64,000 nucleotides of DNA, taken from Squalus acanthias. Lineage: Eukaryota. The stretch spans positions 94,054,001 through 94,118,000 of the forward strand of contig CM059437.1 of NCBI GenBank assembly GCA_030390025.1, read 5' to 3'. This document shows positions 51,076-63,023 of the stretch, piece by piece (positions within the stretch are counted from its first letter, which is position 1; each line of letters opens with the position of its first letter). Both the position numbers and the translations under genes were made by a program. A model generated the notes under the pieces. That model worked only from the letters and a program-made list of their open reading frames with translations. It searched no databases and was not told where the DNA came from.

Positions 51076-51404
51076 TTAGGTCAGTTTGTGAGACGCAGTA
51101 TATATAATTGGTTAGTGGATCAGAAGAAGGTTTTTCCGTGAAATGATATTTGAATGTATCCATGATATTGGATGAAAGGGTTATTTCCATATAAATGCAG
51201 AATATGTTAGAAAAATATGACTGACCAGAAATCACGTGGATAAAAAATTTCCATAGATCTCAAAATTGGGATTCTAGAATCACAGATCAGCAGCACCAGT
51301 TTACCAACATCATTTCTCAACACTGGTTTACCAAAAATCATTTCTCTTTTATATAAAATGTTTTCTTCTCTGCCAATGTCTTGCTCCTTTAGTCCCAGTT
51401 TTGT

Positions 51405-51645
51405 TATTTTTTTTTGTTCACGGGATGTGGGCATCGCTGGCAAGGCCCATCCCTAATTGCCCTTGAACAACTGAATGGCTTGTTGGGCCAGAGGGCAGTT
51501 AAGAGTCAACCACATTGCTGTGGATCTGGAGTCACATATAGGCCAGACTGGGTAAGGACGGCAGATTTCTTTCCCTAAAGGACATTAGTGAACCAGATGG
51601 GTTTTTACGACAATCATGGTCAACATTACTGATACTAGCTTTTTT
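51405..51645 (-). mobile_element. Short element joining the 5' body of the 25072-27930 element directly to its 3' tail
   Basis: Reverse strand reads ..GTGACTCCAGATCCACAGCAATGTGGTTGACTCTTAAC..TTCAAGGGCAATTAGGGATGGG..CCCACATCCC. Confidence 0.85.
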
Positions 51646-51848
51646 TCTCTACCCAGTCTTAAAAGGACAATTACATCCATCATTGATTTACATGAGCAGT
51701 TCCTTTACTTAAAAGAAAACCAATACTAACTGACTATCTTACAGTAAAGCCGTACTTTAATCTGTGTTGCATTCCTTTTTACAAATAGCTGAAATGAAAC
51801 TTGCTATCATTTTTTATCACTTTTTTAAGAGCTCAGAGGTTCAAGGGT

Positions 51849-52915
51849 AGAATCATAGAATGGTTACAGCGTGGAAGACGGCCATTCGGCCCATCAAGCC
51901 CGTGTCGACTCTCGGCTAGTCCCACTCCCCAGCCCTTTCCCCGTAGCCCTGCAAATTTCTTTCATTCAGATACTTATCCAATTCCCTTTTGAAAGCCGTG
52001 ATTGAGTCTGCCTCCACCACCCTTTCAGGCAGTGCATTCCAGATCCTAACCACTCGCTGCGTAAAAAAGTTTTTTCTTGCGTCGCCTTCGGTTCTTTTGC
52101 CAATCACCTTAAATCTGTGTCCTCTGGTTCTCGACCCTTCTGCCAATGGGAACAGTTACTCTCTATCTACTCTGTTCAGACCCCTCATGATTTTGAGCAC
52201 CTCTATCAAATCTCCTCTGCTCTAAGGAGAACAACCCCATCTTCTCCAGTCTATCAACATAACTGAAGTCCCTCATTCCTTGAATCATTCTCGTAAATCA
52301 TTCCTGCACCCTCTCTAAGGCCTTCACATCCTTCCTAAAGTGTGGTGCCCAGAATTGGACACAGTACTCCAGTTTGGGGCTGAACCAGTGTTTTATAAAG
52401 GTTCATCATAATTTCCACACTTTTATTACTCTATACCTCTATTCATGAAGCCCAGGATCCCGCAAGCCTTTTTAACTGCTTTCTCAACCTGCCCTGCCAC
52501 CTTCAATGATTTATGCACACATACCTCCAGGTCTCTCTGTTCGTGCACCCCCTTCAGGATTGTACCATTTAGTTTATCTGTCCTCGCTTCATTCTTTCTA
52601 CCAAAATGTATCACTTTGCACTTTTCTGCGTTAAATTTCATCTGCCATGTGTCCGCCCATTTCACCAGCCTGTCTATGTCTTCCTGAAGTCCATCACTAT
52701 CCTCCTCACTGTTCACTATACTTCCAAGTTTTGTGCCATCTGCAAATGTTGAAATTGTGCCCTGTACACCCACGTCCAAGTCATTAATATATATCAAGAA
52801 AAGCAGTGGTCCTAGAGCCGACCCCTGGGGAACACCACTGTGTACCTTCCTCTAGTCTGAAAAACAAGCGTTCACCACTACTCTCTGTTTCCTGTCACTT
52901 AGCCAATTTCGTATA
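51849..52915 (-). mobile_element. CR1 LINE 3' 1 kb
   Basis: IYINDLD..FADGTK..WQMKFNAEKCKVIHFG..FFTQRVVRIWNALP; TATGATTC tail. Confidence 0.95.
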
Positions 52916-53893
52916 GGGTGAATCAAGTTTCCATTCAAACCAGAAATTAGTGAGTGTTTTTCAGTAAACTTTGTCTGGCTTCAGTATCGAGAGATCAGGT
53001 TTTGTTTACCTTTTTACCCAAACAGCTGTGTGTTGGATTTAAAAGGTGACCTGATCTTAAAATTCCACAAAAAGAATTCATCTCGCTTCGAATATTCCCA
53101 CTATTTCTAAACCAGGAGAGAAGGTCGATTTGGCAAGTGTGGCTGTGCCATTTATTGTATTTAGGAATAAGTGGGCATGCCAACCAAATATGTGGTATTA
53201 AGCTTTGATTAAAGTAGGTATTCAGACAGTGTTAAGAAGTGCTGGAAATGCAGGGTCATTCTAGTTTTTAAAAGTAAGCTTAAAGGTGAAACATGCCTAA
53301 GACAATGGCCGGGGAGGGGGATGGAAACGGGGGGCGAGGGAACAGTGTTTGTGGCGAGAATGAAGACAATGGCTTTGGTCTTCCCAGTGTGTAATTGGAG
53401 GAAATTGAGGCTCGTCCAGTGATGGATGTAGTCTGAGATCACCGAGGCAGTGGAGGGGTCGAGAGAGGTGGTGGAGAGGATGCACTGGGCATCGCCAGCG
53501 TACATGGGGAACCCGACGTGTTTTTGGATGAAGACACTACGCGGAGCTTGTAGATCAGATAGAATCATAGACATTTACAGCACCAAAAGGAAGCCATTCG
53601 GCCCAACGTGTCCGTGCCGGCCGAAAAAGATCTACCCAGCCTAATCCCACTTTCCAGCACTTGGCCCGTAGCCCTGTAGGTTACGGCACTTCAAATGCAT
53701 ATCCAAGTACTTGTTAAATGCGGTGAGGGTCTCTGCCTCTACCGCCCTCTGGGTGGAAAAAGTTCTCCTCAACTCCCCTCTAATCCTACGACCAATGACT
53801 TTAAAATGCATCCAAGGGGAAGCTAGATAAGTGCATGAGGGAGAAAGGTACGGAAAGATATGCTGATATAGTTAGATGAAGGAAGGTGTGGAG

Positions 53894-54056
53894 CAATGTT
53901 CCCATTAAGCTGCGTGGCCGCGCAGCGCTCTGGAGGTCCCGTGCAGGGCGTTCACCAGCTTTTCAATAGAAGTAACCGCGCATGCGCAAAAAATTGATTG
54001 GTCCACGCAGCCAGTTAAAGGGCCCACGCACCCCAAAAAAAGGACAGGTAACATTG
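53894..54056. mobile_element. hAT-type MITE (163 bp) inserted in a CR1 tail
   Basis: 8-bp TSD GTGTGGAG (53886-93, 54057-64); TIR CAATGTTCCC / reverse complement CAATGTTACC. Confidence 0.85.
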
Positions 54057-54834
54057 GTGTGGAGCCGAAACACCGGCATGGACCAGTTGGGCCGAATGGC
54101 CTGACTCTGTGCTGTAAATTCTATGTAATTCTGCGCATTGCCTCCAGAAGGATACCTCAAGAAACTTGCATCTGGAAGAGGTGAATGCTCTTGCTGGTAT
54201 TACTGATCCCCTCTCTAGTGCCCCAGAGTGTGTAACTTTACAACATTGACGCTGCCAAGGTCACACCACAGTGCCATTCATGCTGCATTCGCTCTGGTAT
54301 GAACTTGGCAACATGTAAATACAGTGCAAGTCATCCTTGTGGAAACACGGCCGTTTACTCAACGTTTTTACTTTCCCCTCTGATCTCTGCCAGCTTGGCA
54401 ATGCAACAGAGGGAGTCTTTAAGGCAGTGTGTGAACAGTAACTGGCAGCCCTTGGTGTGAAAAAAGCTTTGATCCAAAGTTATTTCACGGACTTTAAAAT
54501 CCAGTTTACTGAACAAACTTCTCTTTTGGCAAATGAGATTCAAGTGAAAGTCCACTTCAGAGAAACAGGTTTGCTTTTACTTTTTAACTCACACAATGAC
54601 CACAGGCAGAAGTTCCATTGGAAACTGATCGCAACACAGCATGTTCGGGCAGCTGAAAATGAGACTCGACTCTGGTCATTTGGCTTTGTAATTGCGCCTG
54701 TTACAAGGTGTCATTATTAAATCAGTTGGATGTTGGGAGTTCTGTTTGAAAGCTCTCATGAGATTCATTATTGAATCTATGGCTTGTGCAGTTGCAAATT
54801 ACAGTTAAAATTGGCCACTAAAAGCATTTGTAAT

Positions 54835-55270
54835 TCATAGAATCATAGACGTTTATGGCACAGGAGGCCATTCGGCCCATCGTGTCCGTCCCGGCTGACA
54901 AAGAGCGATCCAGCCTAATCCCACTTTCCAGCTCTTGCTCCGTAGCCCTGTAGGTTACAGCACTTCAAGTGCATATCCAAGTATTTTTTAAATGTGGTTA
55001 GGGTTTCTGCCTCTACCACCCTTTCAGGCAGTGAGTTCCAGACCCCCACCACCCTCTGGGTGAAAAAAATTCTCCTCAAATCCCCTCTAAACCTCCGACC
55101 AATTACTTTAAATCTATGCCCCCTTATTATTGACCTCACTGCGAAGGGAAATAGTTCCTTCCTATCCACTCTATCTTGGCCCCTCATAATTTTATACATC
55201 TCAATAAGGTCTCCCCTCAGCCTCCTCTGTTCCAAAGAAAACAGCCCCAGCCCCAGCCTATCCAATCTTT
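54835..55270 (-). mobile_element. CR1 3' fragment
   Basis: LFSLEQRRLRGDLIE..FFTQRVVGVWNSLPE. Confidence 0.92.
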
Positions 55271-55959
55271 CCTTTGATACAGAACAGGCACTGAAGTGTG
55301 AAAGGCAGCAAACAAATTACAATTAGTATTTTTTTAAATTCTTCCTCTGCTCTTTTTCCATCTTTATGTTGACTCTTGTTAATCGTCCACCAATGAAAGC
55401 TGCTTCTGTTCCATTACTACTTGACCGTGGTGGTCAAAACAGCTGTAAACCAGGAATCCCCGCTGCAAGTATTGGCAAGTGGAACTGATGCTGGTGACAA
55501 CTTACAGCGACACCATAGGGCCTAAAATCTTCCTAATCTGCCGCCGTATTCCTGCAATCCAGTCCGGAGGGAGTGCGGAAGAGGGGATCCGAAATAGGCC
55601 GCTGATACTGGATACACCAGGTCCCCAGCAGTTTCCGCGGTGCCTTGTTTGGGCTGGAGCCTCCACCTGCCTCAAAGGACACTGAGTTAAGAGGGGCCGA
55701 GGCCAGCAGAGGGAAGTTTCCTCGTCCCTGGACTGGCCGCGACTGGACGTGCTGGTGCCACCATCCGGGAGATGTGGGACCCACCTGGGGAAGGGAGGGA
55801 GGGAGGTCCACGGCTAGACCCCCAAAGAGGTTCCAAATTTCAAGAGGATTTGCTGGCCCCCAGTTTACCTCACACCCCATCACTTGTTTCCGCTTCCTTG
55901 GACAGGTGGGCACCCAAGAGGCATCCCTGTTGGCGCAGGCACATACCTGGGTTATTTAA

Positions 55960-56957
55960 TCGAGGCAATGCCTCGATTTTAAAATTCTCATTCTTGTGTC
56001 CAAATCCCTCCATGGCCTCACCCCCCCCCCCCTATCTCTGTAACCTCCTCCGGCCCTACAACCCTCCGAGATCGCTGCGTTCCACTCATTCTGGTCTCTT
56101 GCGCATCCCCGATTTTAATCGCTCCACCATTGGCGGCCGTGCCTTCAGCTGCCTAGACCACAAGCTCTGGAATTCCCTCCCTAAACCTCTCCGCCTCTCT
56201 ACATCTCTTTCCTCCTTTAAGACGCTCTCCAAAACCTACCTCTTTGACCTGGCCTAATATCTCCTTGTGTGGCTGGGTGTCAAATTTTAGAATCATAGAA
56301 TGGTTACAGCACAGAAGGAGGCCATTCGGCCCGTCGAGCCCGTGCCGGCTCTCTGCAAGAGCACTTCAGCTAGTCCCACTCCCCCGCGCTTTCCCTGTAG
56401 CCCTGCAAATTTTTTTCCTTCAGGTACTTATCCAACTCCCTTTTGAAAGCCGTGATTGAGTCTGCCTCCACCACCCTTTCAGGCAGTGCATTCCAGATCC
56501 TAACCACTCGCTGAGTAAAAAAGTTTTTTCCTCCTGTCACCTTTGGTTCTTTTGCCAATCACCTTAAATCTGTGTCTTCTGGTTCTCGACCCTTCCGCCA
56601 ATGGGAACAGTTTCTCTCTATCTACTCTGTCCAGACCCTTCATGATTTTGAACACCTCTATCAAATCTCCTCTCAACCTTCTCTGCTCTAAGGAGAACAA
56701 CCCCAGCCTGTCCACGTAACTGAAGTCCCTCATCCCTGGAATCATTCTCGTAAATCTTTTCTGCACCCTCTCTAAGGCCTTCACATCCTTCCTAAAGTGC
56801 GGTGCCCAGAATTGGACACAATACTCTAGCTGAGGCTGAACCAGTGTTTTATAACGGTTCATCATAACTTCTTTTGTTTGATAATCGCTCCTGTGAAGCA
56901 CCTTGGGATGTTTTACTACATTACAGGCGCTATATAAATGCAAGTTGTTGTTGTTGT
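55960..56957 (+). mobile_element. L2 3' part interrupted by a CR1 (56289-56870, -)
   Basis: L2 STIGGRAFS..KLWNSLPK; GGTGTCAAATTTT|GTTTGATAATCG is split by the CR1 with a TTTT duplication. Confidence 0.9.
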
Positions 56958-59322
56958 AGGTGACCGCGCCCTGAACTCGCCAACGTTGGCGGGGTCAGCG
57001 CCGGAGGTGACTGGCAGGCAAATCCCAGCACTTCCCCTGGGATGGACGGCCCCTGGATTTTGCTTTACCTCCTTTCCCTCCCCACCATGACCAGTTTGAC
57101 CCAGTGCTCCACTTCAGAAACTGAAAAGGTGAAATCGTCCTGAAGAATTTTTATTTAAGGGCACACTGTTGCTCAAAAATGAGAAACAGACCAAACTGAT
57201 TTTATATTTACGTAGCTTGTTTTGGAAATGTAGAAGAATAACTAGTCCTAGTTATTATCTCGGCTAGATCAGAGAGTGCTCCAATTGCTTGTTGAAGTCA
57301 GCTCCTTTAATGTGGTGACAAGTGGTTTAAATTAAAATGGGACTTTGAAGGAACCCTGGTATGCTTTAAGACTGAAGATTAAAGTTGACGTGCTGGGATT
57401 TGTTCTTTAGGAGGTTTTCCCAGCACATCTGTCACATCTGGTAGTCGTAAACTTCATTTTTAAGTATAGTGAAATTTTAAAATAATGCAATGGAAAAATG
57501 TTAATAGTTTCAAAATGTGTTCTTTTATTGGTTTGTATAAGTTTACACCTCGGGTCGTGGTTTGATACAGAGCGCACGCTACGTTACCAATAGTTGTGAT
57601 GGGAACACTCCTTCCATGGCCGTAACCATCTATATACCAGTCGATAGGGGGGATAGTCCTGTGCGGCGGGAGGGTTTTCTGGGCTCCCCCACCCATATGA
57701 TGGGGGCGCCACCCACACCCACCAGATGCGTTTGTCCCGCTGGATGTCAACCCAGAATTGAGAGCCGGAGCTGCGGTCCCCACTCACCTGGACTGTCAGA
57801 GACCAGGGGCTGGATTTTGCCAATGGGGAGCTTTTGGAGGCGGGACTCCCACTTGTCGGGTTTTAGTCCCGCCTCCATCGACTTCTGGCCAACCCACGCT
57901 ATTTTCCCTTGATTGACCTTGTTAAGCCCGCCCAGCGGGCTTAGCAGGCCAATTAAGGGGAAGCTGGTTACAGAGAACGTCAGCGTATGACGTTTCATCT
58001 GTCAAAAATTTTTGACAGATGAATTGTCATCGTTTGACAGCTCTGTGAAGCTGTCACACACTGACATTCTCTGTAGTTTGATGAGTTCTTGTACTCAATA
58101 CTCACCAAACCTCGTTCTTTAGCAGAAATTAGATGGTTGTTGCATTGGGAATGCAGCAGCCATCTGTCATCTCTGCCATGGAGATGCGAGACTCTCCGCA
58201 TCCCCAACCATTGAAGTCTGCAGGAAGAAACAAAGGTAAGCAAACTTTTTCTAACACTTTCCACTTACCTCACATACTCACCTCTCCACACTTGCACCCA
58301 TCACTTACCTTCACAGCGCACTTTTGCACCCCGCAGACCCCCGCAGACCCACTACTCGCCTCGGTGACCCTGGCGGGGTTTGCAGCCTTCGGGAAGCCCG
58401 CACTTGTGTGGGTAAAATGGGGATAATCCTCTTATCTGCCTGTTAACTACCTGTTAACAGGCAGTTAAGTGGCTGTAATCCCCTTCCCGCCTCTAGGCGA
58501 TGGGACCCGACGTGGGACGGCTACCCGCCTCCTGAGAAGTTGGCACGAGGCGGGTTGGGTACCCACCCCCAGATTCTGCCATTTTCCCGGCAGTCCCACC
58601 TCCCCAGGGTTCGAACTATGCACCCTCTGACTCGGAGGCGGGAATGCTACCACTAAGCCAAAGGCTCGCTCCTATCTGTAGCTATTTACTTAGGGTGGGA
58701 TGCTTGGTGATAGGATGGTACAATTAAAAACAATTCCCTTGGTCTCCCTGAGCCACTCACCAGCTGTGGCCACGAGGACAGATGTGTCTCCAGCAAAGCC
58801 GCTCTGCATTATGGGGGTGCCTGTTATAAAGGTAATGTTATATGAGCAGTGAGGGACAGGTAAAGACCCTCTGGTCCATCCAGCCTGTCCCACACAATTG
58901 TGATACCTCCACCCCACCCAAAACGATGTGATCTCCTGGGCGAGGCCAAATACCAGATTTAAAAACCCAGGCCAATTTGATGGGGAAATCTGGGAAATTC
59001 CTCTCTGACCACCCCCCCCCAAGGCAATCAAAACTAGTTCAGGAGATCACTCTGGCCCCGATAATTCTATGCAGTACCTCCCTTCTGCACAAGGTGATCT
59101 CCGCCCCAGCCAGAAACAGCCAGCTCTCGCTTGAAGGAATTCAGCAAATTGGCATCCACCGCACAAGCCAGCAGCCTGTTCCAGAGGTTATACTGTAACC
59201 AGCCTTAGACAGGTAGCTCTCACTGAGCATTCAGACAATACCCAGCGTGAGGAAAAACACCAAAATTACACAACAATAATGACATTTGTGTCCTCCATCA
59301 ATATCTCCGCCCCCCCCTATCT

Positions 59323-59641
59323 AGGGGAAATCTAGAACTCGGGGGCACAGTTTCAGAATAAAGGGGTCGCCCTTTTAGAACTGAGATGAGGAGGAATTTC
59401 TTCTCTCAGAGGGTCGTAAATCTGTGGGAATTCTCTGCCCCAGAGAGCTGTGGAGGCTGGGTCATTAAATACATTTAAGGTGGAGATAGACAGATTTTTG
59501 TAAGATAAGGGAGTGAAGGGTTATGGGGAGCGGGCAGGGAAGTGGCTTTGAGCCCAAGATCAGCCATGATCTTACTGAATGGCGGAGCAGGCTCGAGGGG
59601 CCAAGTGGCCTATTCCTGCTCCTATTTCTTATGTTCTTATG
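59323..59641 (+). mobile_element. CR1 3' end, very similar to 8200-8508
   Basis: Long identical blocks and a TTCTTATGTTCTTATG tail. Confidence 0.92.
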
Positions 59642-59821
59642 TCCTTCCTGTTTGGTTAGACATCCAGCTGTTCTATGTTGAGTCCAATTCATTAAAATTA
59701 TTTAATAATATCTTTGGGTAAGCTGGTACAAATAGGAAAGGGAATTGGCGCTGGGGAGTAGAGGAAGGAGTTGAGAAATCATGTGCTGTCTTGGTGATCT
59801 CCTCCAATATTTTGTTTCCAG

Positions 59822-60873
59822 GTCTATTGTTCGTGTGGAGCCATTGTTGATTCGGAAGCTCGAGGTATTATACTGTCACCTGGCTTCCCCACCAGTTACA
59901 TTCCAGGCACGCATTGTGTGTGGCAATTCTTCATCCCGGCTGGAGTCCATCTCATTTTGGAAGTTTTCGATTTTGATGTGTTTGAGAATCCACGTAATGG
60001 TAAAACCCTACTTGGCGACCATTCAGCCCCTGCGATGGTCGATGGGGAGAAGTCTGTTTCCGGTTCACTGAAGAATGGGGGCGCTGTACAGAGTCGAGAG
60101 TCCAACAACCTGTATTCCCATACGAAGGAGTCCCGTCAAGATGGAAGAATAAAGGTGTCGTTTAATGAGACCAATGTGTCTAACTCCAAAGTTTTTGATG
60201 TTGATTACCAGGATTTCTCTGTGACCCAACCCGATAAAGCTGAAGACCAATGGGTGGTGGCACAGGAAGAGTCCGCACAGCTAGAGACGGTTAAGATGCC
60301 ACCGTTGATGCATGATACCTCAGTGACTGACTCTCCACTTGATGTGGATAAGGATGATTCTACAGAGTCAAATTCAAGTGATCCTCTGGCCGGTTTTGGT
60401 GATTCCAAAGACATCAATGTGGACCCACAATACAACAGTGAAAAACAAGCTGGGAAGAGGCTGGAAATTGACCATCTTGAATTGCAAGAGGTAAATGATT
60501 CAACTGTAGCCACAATGATCCCTGAGACAAAAGCGACGCCCTTCGCACCTCCTGAGGTCTGCCCGAATGATGTTTTATATATTTCGGATCTGATCACATT
60601 CTCTGCCCGCTTTTGCGGGGCCAACTCGCCCGTGAACAAGACATTGACGTTTGGTTCCTCCCTGGAGATGGTGGAGGTCGTGGTGGAGCTGATCACCACC
60701 ACAGACCGCGGGCGTGGCTTTATTCTTCTCTACCAGTTTAAAACTGGCGTAGATGCCGACCTCCGGACCCTGATGAAGCACAGGGGCCAAGACAACCTGA
60801 TCCATTTCTTGGTCATCGCTGGTGTTGCCCTCTTATCGGCGGTGCTTTTGACTGCGCTCTGTCGGACCTGGAG
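59822..60873 (+). CDS. Exon 2: split CUB domain + ~190-aa insertion + transmembrane helix; cytoplasmic exons not found in the window
   Basis: Acceptor tattttgtttccag; 350 open codons: VYCSCGAIVDSEARGIILSPGFPTSY..HCVWQFFIPAG.HLILEVFDFDVFE [insert] CPNDVLYISD...RFCG..SP...RGFILLYQF, then FLVIAGVALLSAVLLTALC; perfect donor AG|GTGAGT after 60873. Confidence 0.9.
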
Positions 60874-61079
60874 GTGAGTTTAAACTTCTTTCAGTTGTCC
60901 CTCTGGTTCCTCAAACATATGCAGGATCTGTCCTAGAAACTAAACTTTGTTCCAAAACTTGTTACTGTTTAAGAGGGAGATGTCTTTCGGGGTTCAGCTT
61001 AAGACTTGTAACAACTATGCATTCTATATTCTTATTCAAATAAAATTTGAAAAAATGCACCATCGAAGAACGAAAGAGT

Positions 61080-61516
61080 AGAATTTCCATTTATATAATG
61101 CCTCAGGACATCCCAAAGTGCTTTACAGTCAATTAAGCACTTTTTGAAGTGTAGTCACTGTTGTAATGTAGGGAAAAGCGGCAGCCAACTTGTGCACAGC
61201 AAGCTCCCACAAACAGCAATGTGATAATCTGTTTTGGTGATGCTGGTTGAGTGATAAATATTGGCCCAGGACACCGGGGTGAACTTCCCTGCTCTTCTTT
61301 GAATAGGGCCCTGGGATCTTTTACGTCCACCTGAGTGGGCAAACAGGGTCTCAGTTTAATGTCTCATCAGAAAGACGACATCTCCGACACTGCAGCGTTC
61401 CCTCAGTACTGGAGTGTCAGCCTGAATTTGGTGCTCAAGTTTCTTGGAGTGGGACTTGAACCCATGACCGTCTGACTCAAGAGGCGAGAGTGCTACCCAC
61501 TGATCCAGACCTGACA
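61080..61516 (-). mobile_element. DeuSINE
   Basis: Same family, reverse orientation. Confidence 0.88.
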
Positions 61517-61837
61517 CCCAATCTACTGCAAGGACTCCATGGATTCTGTGACCCCTCACATCACTGTGACAATGTTTATGCATCAGTCAACCTTCCCTTC
61601 CCCTTAAACGTGATAATTTTATCTGGAAAATGCACCTGGCTAAATTAACAGTGTGGGAAAAAGTCCGATGTTTAAGGTTACTATGAATGGCGGTCATTGT
61701 ACGCCCTTTGTAATGTTGGTTTCATGGTATGGACATGAATAAAGGGGCATCTGTTATAAGAACACATTGAATTATCACAGTTCCACACTTTTGAATTTTT
61801 GATGTAAATTGGACTGTGCTAGCAATCTTGTTGGTTT

Positions 61838-62290
61838 ACATAAGAACATAAGAAATAGGAGCAGGAGTCGGCCAGTCGGCCCCTCGAGCCTGCTCCGCCA
61901 TTCAATAAGATCATGACTGATCTGATCTTGACCTCAACTCCACTTTCCCACCCGCTCCCCATAACCCTTGACTCCCCTGTAGCTCACAGATATGTCTATC
62001 TCCGCCTTAAATATATTCAATGACTCCGCCTCCACAGCTCTCTGGGGTAGAGAATTCCAAAGATTCACGACCCTCTGAGAAGAAAAAATTCTTCCTCATT
62101 TCCGTCTTAAATGGGCGACCCCTTATTCTGAGACTATGCCCCCTAGTTCTAGATTCCCCCACGAGGGGAAACATCCTCTCAGCATCTACCCTGTCCAACC
62201 CCCTCAGAATCTTATATGTTTCAATAAGCTCCCCTCTCATTCTTCTAAACCCCAATGAGTATAGGCCCAACCTGCTCGACCTTTCTTACA
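61838..62290 (-). mobile_element. CR1 3' fragment
   Basis: GLYSLGFRRMRGELIETYKIL..GESRTRGHSL; ACATAAGA repeats. Confidence 0.92.
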
Positions 62291-62603
62291 TAATCTGGTT
62301 TTGGTAAACAGATTTTGCCATTTTATACACAATACATCAACTTCTACATTAAGTTTCAAAATAAAATTGGCCACCGGGTTTCTTCACATTAATGTCTGTA
62401 ACAAGGGCTGGTAGCTCTTCAACATTCTGTGGCAGTCAGCAATCCTGACGCAAAATGAGGCAAATCTCTGTATTACAGTGGAAGGTAAGGTTACTGGGAC
62501 TGGAGGCAAATCACAGATTTCAGACCATCTTCAGCAAGAGCTTTCCACAGGTCATCCAAAGGATAAGTCAGTGTAAGACCTGTTAACATCTCTAACCTTT
62601 TCC

Positions 62604-62640
62604 AGTTCTGACGAAAGGTCATCGACTTGAAACGTTAACT
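62604..62640 (+). ncRNA. Minimal type-I hammerhead ribozyme motif in a Penelope terminal repeat (~62585-62740)
   Basis: AGUU-CUGACGA-A-[AGGUC/AUC/GACUU]-GAAA-CGUU-AACU: intact core, 4-bp stem I, palindromic AACGUU stem III. Activity is untested. Confidence 0.65.
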
Positions 62641-63023
62641 CTGTTTCTCTCTCCCCAGATGCTGCCTGACCTGCTGAGTATTTCCAGCACTTTCTGTTTT
62701 TATTTCAGATTTCCAGCATCCACAGTACTTTGCTTTTGTAAGTAGTTTACACATTGACTAGGGTTTCTCTGTCTAGGCCGCCCTGTGTCATGTGTTATCC
62801 CCGGCCCAGATAGTGCCCTGCCTCCAGGCCTCTGTAAATGCCTCTCTGTAACCAGCTGCTGTGTGATGTGTGAGAACGGCCTCTGTGTGGTGTATATTCT
62901 CGTTACTCCCTGTGGAGAAGCACCAGGGATTTGTTTGGGGTCTTCTCCTGCCCAACACCCTGCCACCATAAGAATATCTAACTTAGGGTGGGCCTATTTT
63001 CTAAACCAAATCCAGGGACACAC

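Noticed and set aside
57542-57912. Candidate middle exon of the CUB gene (116-aa ORF)
   Set aside because: The phase-0 reading hits a stop after 7 codons; the sequence looks repeat-derived; exons 1 and 2 already join cleanly.
60205-60702. 165-aa antisense ORF (and similar ones opposite GOLGA3 exons)
   Set aside because: Shadow ORFs of real coding exons.
62777-62813. Candidate third CUB-gene exon after tttctctgtctag
   Set aside because: It would add only PPCVMCYPRPR* and has no independent support; the true cytoplasmic exons probably lie beyond the window.
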